32,000 nucleotides of DNA from Promethearchaeota archaeon (GTDB lineage Archaea > Asgardarchaeota > Lokiarchaeia > Sigyniarchaeales > Promethearchaeaceae): assembly GCA_016933055.1 (NCBI GenBank), contig JAFGBS010000009.1, forward strand, positions 240,001 to 272,000, written 5' to 3'. A model generated the notes under the pieces. That model saw only the letters and a program-made list of their open reading frames with translations. It made no database searches and had not been told where the DNA came from. Shown here one piece after another: positions 18,176-25,821 of the stretch. Position 1 is the stretch's first letter. Each line of letters begins with the position of its first letter. Position numbers and translations under genes: made by a program.

Positions 18176-19578
18176 TTTGAGTTTCTTCCAATGTATTTTG
18201 AATATTCGCGACGATATATAGCAGTATAGATATCATTACGGACAACACAACCAGTTGCACTACCCATTCTCATCAGTTCTGTGCATTTTGAGCATGTTAT
18301 GCATACCATTTTTGGATTCAACTTTCCCGTTTTATATAAATCGATTGGAAAATCAGGGTACGCGAAAGCCATTCTTCCATATCCGATACAATCAAAGGAA
18401 TTTCGGTTAATCTCACCAGCAGCGAAAAAAGGGAGATATTGACGAAACCAAGAGAACGCTGTACTTATCCTAACCAATTTAGGGTGGTGTTCTGAAATTT
18501 CACGTAAGCAATCAATAATTCGAGCTATACTTTTCAACGCTGGTTCGGGTGGTTCTTTAGCGTTAAATGCATTCTGTACAAATGGTCGGGATATATAAGG
18601 TTTGAAATAAGGATTTCCTGCTGAAAAACTCACTGTATGTATTCCATATGATTCCAGCCGTGCTATTAGAGCATGTAATTCTGTGAGGTCGATCGATATA
18701 GGGATTCCTTTAGAATTTATTTTCTTCGTTCCCATTCCATAGGGATAGGGTAATGAATCAAATAAATTCAATCTTAGAGTGATTAAGAGCTTAGGGAATT
18801 CTCGGGTTGCTTTTTTTATAATGTCCAATAAAAATCTCTGGCGATTCTTAAAAGATTCTCCCCCAAATTTTGAATTTTCTCTCGTATATGCTCCCAATAA
18901 TTCTGATACGAGGTACCCATGACAGGACTTGATATCCACTCCGTCAAATCCTATTTCTTCCGCAAGTTGAATTGCATGATAATATGCATCTTGCAAGTTT
19001 TCCAGGTATTCATCTGAAACAATAATGCCCTTTTCGGGATCTATATTCATTGCTTTATCCAAAATATGATTTTTGGTAGCACATAAAGGAATTCTATGGA
19101 CTTTTGGTCTTGAATATCTTCCAGAATGAGTGAGTTGTAAAATTTTTAGAGGTTCTCCAAAAGGTGATTTCGAGAAATTCTGAATATGTTTTTGAAGATA
19201 TATTCTTCCTTTGTGAAAGCTTGTTAGTAGATCTTTAAATTTCTGCTTGTTATGATTGTTCAAGTATAATTGATGAGGATTGGATTTACCTTCATTTAAC
19301 ACAGAAACTGCCTCAAACCAAACTATCCCAGTGCCTGAAGTTCCATATCGTTCATATCGTTTATAAGTCAAATCTGTTGGGCTCCCTTCTTTAGTTGCAT
19401 CAAATCCCTCCATGGGATGGATAACAAAACGATTGGGAACCCAAAATTTTGTCGAATTAAAGGAGATTTTCAAAGGTTCAAATAAATTGGAAGTATTAGT
19501 TGAACAGGCAAGATTTAATCCAAGTTCTGTAATTTTTGTTTTAATTTCTTCTAAAGTATCAAAGGTGAACTTGCCCAT
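18172..19578 (-). CDS. NADH:flavin oxidoreductase / Old Yellow Enzyme family with C-terminal Fe-S motif
   Basis: PNRFVIHPMEG, QLTHSGR, GFDGVDIKSCHGYL, FGGESF.NR.RF, GRMAFAYPD and CITCSKC-x11-C. Confidence 0.9.
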   Translation of the reverse strand: MGKFTFDTLEEIKTKITELGLNLACSTNTSNLFEPLKISFNSTKFWVPNRFVIHPMEGFDATKEGSPTDLTYKRYERYGTSGTGIVWFEAVSVLNEGKSNPHQLYLNNHNKQKFKDLLTSFHKGRIYLQKHIQNFSKSPFGEPLKILQLTHSGRYSRPKVHRIPLCATKNHILDKAMNIDPEKGIIVSDEYLENLQDAYYHAIQLAEEIGFDGVDIKSCHGYLVSELLGAYTRENSKFGGESFKNRQRFLLDIIKKATREFPKLLITLRLNLFDSLPYPYGMGTKKINSKGIPISIDLTELHALIARLESYGIHTVSFSAGNPYFKPYISRPFVQNAFNAKEPPEPALKSIARIIDCLREISEHHPKLVRISTAFSWFRQYLPFFAAGEINRNSFDCIGYGRMAFAYPDFPIDLYKTGKLNPKMVCITCSKCTELMRMGSATGCVVRNDIYTAIYRREYSKYIGRNSN

Positions 19579-19775
19579 AATCTAATTATGGAATAAGGAC
19601 TTGAAAAATATTTAATATTGTTGAGGTAAAATTAAATAATCATTCAAAAACTGCTAAAAATAGTTGACAAAAAAATAATGTTCCTCTTAGGAGATGGAAA
19701 TACTATTTTACAGATCTGAATTGACTAAATTAAACAAGTTCTAAATGGAAACTGCAAAAGGAGAATAATCAGAAT

Positions 19776-20252
19776 TTGTCGCTTGATGAACTCGATATGG
19801 ATATTTTGAAGGTGCTGGAGCGAGATGCACGGATATCCTATCGAAAAATATCCCAAGAATTAGATATCAGTGTTGGTACTGTTCACAATAGGATTTTAAA
19901 ATTAAAGGAGAATGGGATTATTCAAGGATATTTACTAGCGTTAAATGAAAACAAATTAAATTTTAAATTAAAGGCGGTAATTTCCTTAGAAATCACGGGA
20001 ACTAAAATCCGAGAAATTATGGAAAAATTATCGAAGTACCCTGAAGTGACTAATGCGTATAGTATTTCCGGTAATATTTCGGCGATATTAATCTGTAGAT
20101 TTCAAAAAATGAAAGATATCCGGAATTTTACAAATCTCTTGAATGGAGAGGAAGATATCCAAAAAGTAGAAACGAATATAGTATTAGATATTTATAAAGA
20201 GGATCTTCACCATTTACTTAGCTCAGAAATCTTTCCCCCTACAAACCAATAA
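19776..20252 (+). CDS. Lrp/AsnC family transcriptional regulator
   Basis: LDELDMDILKVLERDARISY...L.IS.GTV..RI..L...GII HTH plus RAM domain; aggaga SD before TTG. Confidence 0.93.
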   Translation: MSLDELDMDILKVLERDARISYRKISQELDISVGTVHNRILKLKENGIIQGYLLALNENKLNFKLKAVISLEITGTKIREIMEKLSKYPEVTNAYSISGNISAILICRFQKMKDIRNFTNLLNGEEDIQKVETNIVLDIYKEDLHHLLSSEIFPPTNQ

Positions 20253-20258
20253 AAAAAA

Positions 20259-20687
20259 ATGATGAATATGGTTGTTATACTCGAAAAATTTTCTCTAGAC
20301 ACCCAACCCGAAGACATTATTGATATCACCCCCGAGATAAAAAAAAAATTAGATTCTTGTGGTTTGACTCAGGGCATAGTGTGTATATTTACCGCTAGCT
20401 CAACCAGTGCTATATCAACCACAGAATATGAACCTGGATTGATCAAGGGAGATATCCCCGCCTTCCTAGAAAAAATCATCCCGTACGATCGAAATTATGA
20501 GCACCACAAGACTTGGGGTGATCATAATGGTGGGGGTCATTTGAGAAGTTTTCTGTTGAATCCTAGTCTAACTATCCCTTTCACAGCTTCAAACCTAATT
20601 CTAGGAACTTGGCAGCAAATCATTTTTCTAGAAATGGATGAAAAACCTAGAACGCGACTGATTTATTGTCAGTTCATTGGAGAATAA
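20259..20687 (+). CDS. yjbQ: YjbQ/UPF0047 family protein
   Basis: STSAI...EYEPGL, Y.HH...D.NG..HLRS, LGTWQQI.F.E.D...R.R. Confidence 0.92.
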   Translation: MMNMVVILEKFSLDTQPEDIIDITPEIKKKLDSCGLTQGIVCIFTASSTSAISTTEYEPGLIKGDIPAFLEKIIPYDRNYEHHKTWGDHNGGGHLRSFLLNPSLTIPFTASNLILGTWQQIIFLEMDEKPRTRLIYCQFIGE

Positions 20688-20830
20688 TCATGAAAATATC
20701 CACTAAAATTTTTCGCATATACTTTTTCCGACAAAATGTTAAACTAATTCCAATTCCTTAGATATATTTATGAATTAATAATTGTTCTATTTTAGCATAA
20801 TCCAAAATTTACATATCTAGGTGCATTCTA

Positions 20831-21514
20831 ATGAAATTTCTTGTCACTGGAGCTTTTCAATGCGGTAAATCTCAATATATTCAAGCCTTGGATAAAAATG
20901 CATTAAATATCGCTTCTTACGACAAAAACAACTGGAAATGCACGGTTGGTATGGATCTGGGATCTACTCGCAGTAATGGCTTGGATATAACTCTTTTTGG
21001 CACTCCAGGGCTATTAAGATTTCGTGCAATGCGAGCTATTGTTGCGGGGGGTTCAGACGGAGTTATTTTTTTATTTGATGGACCTCATCCCGAAAAAGAT
21101 GATGCATCCCTCCAAATACTGAACGAAATTCGACAGGTTCTTGGTAGAGACATTCCCTTAGTTTATGCTGTAAATAAAAGTGATAATCCCGATTGCAGAC
21201 CCGTAGAGGTTGTACGCGCGCAGAATTACCTGGGGTCTCATGCAACTATTTTTAAAATTAGTGGATTAACGGGTGAAAATATTAAGGTACCTATAGATGA
21301 ACTTGCACATCTCGTAAAAAAATCATTATCACCGGTAGTCAGCATTATTCGAAATTATGAAGGAAACTTACATGGCTTGCAAGACGAATTGGGCAAAAAC
21401 TCTGAAGAAATAATGGAATTGCTAAATTCTATGGAACTAAGAGGCATCATTTCTGTAGATCGTTTAAATAAATCTTACAAAATCCTAGAAACTGCTAAAT
21501 TTTTTACTGAATAA
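20831..21514 (+). CDS. MglA/CvnD-like small GTPase with C-terminal winged-helix-like extension
   Basis: G1 GAFQCGKS, G2 TVGMD, G3 LFGTPG, G4 NKSD; tail LQDELGKNSEEIMELLNSMELRGII fits a wHTH pattern. Confidence 0.85.
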   Translation: MKFLVTGAFQCGKSQYIQALDKNALNIASYDKNNWKCTVGMDLGSTRSNGLDITLFGTPGLLRFRAMRAIVAGGSDGVIFLFDGPHPEKDDASLQILNEIRQVLGRDIPLVYAVNKSDNPDCRPVEVVRAQNYLGSHATIFKISGLTGENIKVPIDELAHLVKKSLSPVVSIIRNYEGNLHGLQDELGKNSEEIMELLNSMELRGIISVDRLNKSYKILETAKFFTE

Positions 21515-21967
21515 AAAATGATCTATATTTTGGTTTGTATAATTTTCTGATTTGAATTTTTTTCATTCAAAAAAAATCTTCCAAATAGACATTATCTTGA
21601 AAATTACCCACGTTTTTGCAGAAATGTTCCCAAATTTTGAAGATCCAAAAACACTGAAAATTCGCTATATTATTTAGAATAGTAACTAAAACTATACATT
21701 GAGATAACACATATAACCCAACAACCAATATGGCATAATATTTTAGAGAAGAGAACGTTATAATGCCTTTCATTTGCTTAAAACTATATCCAAATAACAC
21801 GACTTTTTCCCACATCCGACAAAATATAGAAGCTTTACTGAGAAATTGAGCGTTCTTTTTCACCGAATTCATGAAAACATTTAAATAACAGAATATACCA
21901 TAGTTTCATAATAGCCTTTATTAAGAAAATAAGGGTTATTCCTTTTCCTAAGCGTTAAGCTTATATC

Positions 21968-21972
21968 GGAGG
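21968..21972 (+). promoter_or_regulatory. Shine-Dalgarno site (GGAGG) of the histone gene, directly preceded by TATA-like ttata
   Basis: ttatatcGGAGGaaagaaaaaATG, with 9 nt between GGAGG and the ATG at 21982. Confidence 0.6.
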
Positions 21973-21981
21973 AAAGAAAAA

Positions 21982-22200
21982 ATGGCAAAAAGACGAAGAG
22001 TATTTGCTTGGAGCCCACTTCGTGAATTAATGAAGAAAGCGGGTGCTGAAATTGTATCTCGTGATGCAGTTGAACAACTTTTGTTCTACTTAGAGGAACG
22101 GGCTAAGAAATTAACCGCCTCGGCATTAAAGCTTGCGAAACACTCCAAGAGAAAGAAAATTACCCAAGATGACATGAAGCTCGCAATTGAAATGCTGTAA
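21982..22200 (+). CDS. archaeal histone (HMf-type single histone fold)
   Basis: Aligns without gaps to HMfB: P7, KKAGAE, VS.DA, LEE, KLA.H..RK.I...D..LA; short basic N-terminal extension MAKRRRV. Confidence 0.93.
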   Translation: MAKRRRVFAWSPLRELMKKAGAEIVSRDAVEQLLFYLEERAKKLTASALKLAKHSKRKKITQDDMKLAIEML

Positions 22201-22375
22201 GTGTTTTGAAAAATACTATAATAAAAACACTAACGTTTCGATTCGACTGTTCACTTCATCAAAATCAATCTATTTTTTTTATCTCATTCTCAAATAAATC
22301 ACATTGAGTGAAAATTTTAGAATCAATCATAGATCTATTAAAACTCATGGGAGTGAGGAATAGGTTAAGATTACA

Positions 22376-22807
22376 TTAGAACGCTTTCATTTTCACTTTG
22401 AAGTAATCCTTTTGCTTTTTGAAATTCTCCGTACGGAACATATTTTTCTTTCGTCCATCGGTGGTAATTTCTCCAAAATCCTTTACAATCTTCTTCATGA
22501 ATGCTTTAGTTTCTGAATTGACGATTCCAGTCTGAAAATTCAACATATCCGCAATTTCTTGTTTATTCTTAATTCTATCAATATTTAAGTTTGTGAAGGG
22601 TATAACAAAAGCATGTATATACCAAGTGGGTGCTTTTTCATCATCAGTGTGGACACGAATGGCTATATTACCTGCTTTCTCTTCTTTAAGTTTCATATCC
22701 AAGAGTTTTTTACGAATGGAGCGAACGGTAATTACTACTTTCGGGTCGTCTCCTTTGGTGCATTTTTTCATAAAACTCTTGTATTCTTCTTCTGCGGTGC
22801 TGCCCAT
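22376..22807 (-). CDS. basic hypothetical protein (143 aa)
   Basis: ATG start, protein-like composition, fills the gap between the histone and the next gene; the two + strand ORFs here are its shadows. Confidence 0.75.
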   Translation of the reverse strand: MGSTAEEEYKSFMKKCTKGDDPKVVITVRSIRKKLLDMKLKEEKAGNIAIRVHTDDEKAPTWYIHAFVIPFTNLNIDRIKNKQEIADMLNFQTGIVNSETKAFMKKIVKDFGEITTDGRKKNMFRTENFKKQKDYFKVKMKAF

Positions 22808-22921
22808 GCTTATCTACTCGAAGATTTTTGTTAAAAATTTAATAAGTCGAAAATATATCCTTTACTCCTTAGTATTTAATATCCTATAAAATTACATTGG
22901 ATCAGAAAGGAGCTAGAATGG

Positions 22922-23461
22922 ATGTCATTTGATAAAAAGAAACTAATCACAAAACTGATGGAAGTAAAAGAAGACTTATTTCAACTTGTAGAAAGGAAAT
23001 ATGAAGAAATTGAAAGTATACAAGCACAAATACGATACTTAGAAAATCGAATGATGGAAATTGATAAGTTGATTGGAATGGACAATGTGATGGATGCAGA
23101 AACCTTTTTACAGCAGATGAAAGATGAACCCATAGAAAATGTGGAAGATATCCAGACTATCTTTTCTCGAAACAATCCTGAACAGCCTTTGGTTAAATTG
23201 AAGTACGATGGTAAAAAGTTGGAAATATTTTTTCCGTATCCAGAAAAATTAGGATTAAAACAACAGAGCTCTATATATATTGAACATGTATTACAACCAC
23301 TCTTTCCCCTAAAAGAAAAGGAAACGGAATTAGAAGTAGTAATAGATAAGCAAAATGATTTAGGATATATTTCAAAAATACTCATTAATAATTTATACAA
23401 TATAGAAAATATTGATGAAGTTTACAAGGTTTTCCAAAATTTACTGGAATATGTTAAATAA
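22922..23461 (+). CDS. hypothetical protein with N-terminal coiled coil (179 aa)
   Basis: aggag SD-like site upstream; first ~50 aa form heptads, followed by an alpha/beta region. Confidence 0.8.
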   Translation: MSFDKKKLITKLMEVKEDLFQLVERKYEEIESIQAQIRYLENRMMEIDKLIGMDNVMDAETFLQQMKDEPIENVEDIQTIFSRNNPEQPLVKLKYDGKKLEIFFPYPEKLGLKQQSSIYIEHVLQPLFPLKEKETELEVVIDKQNDLGYISKILINNLYNIENIDEVYKVFQNLLEYVK

Positions 23462-23546
23462 CCGAACCGTGCATTCTTCTGGTATCGTACAATTTAAGTA
23501 CTAAAATTTATAATCCATAAAATAACCACAAATACATTCAGATAGG

Positions 23547-24374
23547 GTGAACTGGTTGACAGCGAAAAAATCAAAATGGCTTATCTTACCACAACCACAT
23601 TCGTCTTTCAATGATGACGAAGTAGAGAGTGCGTTGTTAGAGAAAGCAAGGGAATTACTAGGTGCAGAATCGCCAGGACTTTCCTTTATGCTTCTTTCTG
23701 GGAACTTCTTCGAAACCAAGGGTTATGCATATTCTGCAATCCGTGATTGGCGAGGTGCAGCAAAGCCAAGTACATCTAGCAAAAAGAAACCCTTATTAGA
23801 CGCTACTTTTGCCTGTTTATCGGTTTATTTGGGTAGTTTGGTTAGTTTCCAGGTTGATTTTTACTTCGCTTATGACGAAATTAAAAAAATTTTACAACAA
23901 GCAGACAGGGAGGATTTATGGATCATTATAGAGGAAAAATTACCCTTTGTAAGTCTACCTCCTCAGGAAATGTTTCCAGGAAATTTAAAATCCCCAATCT
24001 CTCCCTATTATGTGATAAAACAAGATGAGGAATTGGTATTAGGAGAACTTTACCCCTCTGTGCATTTATCCAAGATTGTGAGTGGTCTTAAATCTCGATT
24101 CTTCTGTTTTTTTTCCTACGAAGGATATACATGTTTTGCGTTTTTCAATGTTTTACCCCTAAGTGCAAAATTTGGATTTGGAAAACGACCAAAAGAATTC
24201 ACAGGAGTACCTTCCAGTGCAAACCTTGTAAAATATGTTAAGAATTCAATCAATCTAAAAGATTTGTTTGTGGGATTAATTCATAGCCATAATGCAAGCA
24301 TGTTAGAGCAGTTTCTAATTCCTGATTATGAGTCTCTGTTGAATAATCTGCTACAAATGGAGGATTTTGATTAA
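23547..24374 (+). CDS. hypothetical protein, possibly tandem longin/uDENN-like
   Basis: Long ORF ending 17 nt before the GTPase ATG; real start may be TTG at 23556 (gggtga SD). The fold call is by pattern only. Confidence 0.7.
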   Translation: MNWLTAKKSKWLILPQPHSSFNDDEVESALLEKARELLGAESPGLSFMLLSGNFFETKGYAYSAIRDWRGAAKPSTSSKKKPLLDATFACLSVYLGSLVSFQVDFYFAYDEIKKILQQADREDLWIIIEEKLPFVSLPPQEMFPGNLKSPISPYYVIKQDEELVLGELYPSVHLSKIVSGLKSRFFCFFSYEGYTCFAFFNVLPLSAKFGFGKRPKEFTGVPSSANLVKYVKNSINLKDLFVGLIHSHNASMLEQFLIPDYESLLNNLLQMEDFD

Positions 24375-24391
24375 TACGTGGAGGATTGACC

Positions 24392-25006
24392 ATGGTTAAC
24401 ATCGGATTACTCGGTGCAGTAAGTGTTGGTAAAACCACTTTACTTCGATTATTCGTATTATATGTAAAGAAAAATAAGATCGAGGGAGTTCAAGGAGGTA
24501 AAGCATGTACAGTAATAAAGCACGATTTTTCAGGAGAAGCTGTTCTTAATCCTGATTCGTCCGAAAAGGAAACAAAAACAATTCATCCCAATCGAGTGAT
24601 TTTTAAAGAAGATGACACAGGAAAAAACCATACGTTGTTTGCACCTGGAGGGGACCGTTCCCGCGCAGTAGTTCGGATGGGAATAATTACCATCAGCCGA
24701 ATCGCAAAACAAATTGTCGCAGTTTTTGCATGTGATCGCCCCCTTGAGGAACAGTATGACTTTTTTAATGATGTTCGTTATTTTCCAAAAGAAATCTACG
24801 TATGCTTTAACAAGTTCGATCTTATTCCCGAAGATGATAAAGAGAAATTTCTCAGTGATCTAGAAGAAAATGTAACAGATTTTTTTGCAAAGAGAAAGAT
24901 AACAGTCCGACAATTTTTCCGAACTTGTGCTGAAACTAACGAAGAATACAACAGCTATAATGACAACGCTGCAGAAATGATGCTAAAAATTGCTGTTGAC
25001 AATTAA
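24392..25006 (+). CDS. atypical small GTPase (MglA/Arf-like superclass)
   Basis: G1 GAVSVGKTT, G2 region TKTIH, non-canonical G3 FAPGGD, G4 NKFD, G5 TCA; GGAGG at 24380-24384 lies 7 nt before the ATG at 24392. Confidence 0.85.
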   Translation: MVNIGLLGAVSVGKTTLLRLFVLYVKKNKIEGVQGGKACTVIKHDFSGEAVLNPDSSEKETKTIHPNRVIFKEDDTGKNHTLFAPGGDRSRAVVRMGIITISRIAKQIVAVFACDRPLEEQYDFFNDVRYFPKEIYVCFNKFDLIPEDDKEKFLSDLEENVTDFFAKRKITVRQFFRTCAETNEEYNSYNDNAAEMMLKIAVDN

Positions 25007-25134
25007 TTTCACTTTATTTTTATATTCCTAATTAAAAATATTTCTAAATACGCGTAACCAAAATTTCTATCCGTACGCAAAGAGATTTTGATCTTTATTA
25101 CAAAGTTTTATTGAAATGACAATGAGATGACCAG

Positions 25135-25233
25135 CTAATTTTTGTTATTAGAAACTCTCCGATAGTTAAATATCACCAAAATGAGGAGGGAAATTAGCAT
25201 CAATAATATAGCAAAGCAGATAATCAATCCCAT
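25135..25233 (-). CDS. putative 32-aa single-pass membrane microprotein (not in the ORF track)
   Basis: Hand translation MGLIICFAILLMLISLLILVIFNYRRVSNNKN*: one hydrophobic helix followed by RR..K. No clear SD. Confidence 0.3.
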   Translation of the reverse strand: MGLIICFAILLMLISLLILVIFNYRRVSNNKN

Positions 25234-25370
25234 GGTCCTTGAGCAAATAATAAACAATCCCAGAATATATGCGATTTTTAAATACCCTTTTCCAACATGT
25301 ATTAAAATTTGGGATCTATGAAAATAGAGAGTTGTCGTCTTGGATTAATTGAAATTGAGGAAAAAATAGT

Positions 25371-25586
25371 TTATTCGGACTGTTTTGCACCATTTATTTT
25401 TTGGATGCATATTGCATATTTCTTCTTAACCCGATCTACATGTTCAGAGTACCCACCTTTTTTGAAATATTTATAAGCTTCTTCATAAAATTTTTTCGAC
25501 TTATCATATTCCATCGCGGTTAGATGCTGATCTGCAAGAGATTCAGATAGTTGTCCTCTACGAACCATAAAATCTTCTTCAACCAT
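25371..25586 (-). CDS. small three-helix protein (MIT/TPR-like)
   Basis: Preferred start MVEED at 25586 (aggt SD); the track extends the ORF to 25634. Helical pattern A...L....Y......Y..A..YF. Confidence 0.65.
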   Translation of the reverse strand: MVEEDFMVRRGQLSESLADQHLTAMEYDKSKKFYEEAYKYFKKGGYSEHVDRVKKKYAICIQKINGAKQSE

Positions 25587-25821
25587 CGAGTATACCTTTT
25601 TCACTAATTTGTTTGAATTAACTTGACTGCACATAAATAATTTATTGTGCTTATTAAAATCAGAATATAACTCCTAGCGTACTTTTAGGAATACTTCTCA
25701 ACTAAACACCTCAAAATCTTAAATAAGAGAAAAATAAATTATCTGGGAGAAGAAGAGTTTGAAAAACTCCTTGCATTTTTTTAACTACGTAAAGGTAACT
25801 CTATAAGAACTTTTTTAATCT

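Noticed and set aside
20721-21825. Similar motifs actttttcc..gacaaaat at 20721-20737 and 21802-21825 flanking the MglA-like gene
   Set aside because: Short, AT-rich, interrupted by a 7-nt insert; no transposase or target-site duplication.
21567-21872. 101-aa ORF with a faint resemblance to PEN-2 (MN..., FCR...GYSF), tempting given the presenilin
   Set aside because: It lacks the PEN-2 LP.LW motif and the conserved C-terminus, has no SD, and lies 14 kb from the presenilin. The match is within chance by eye.
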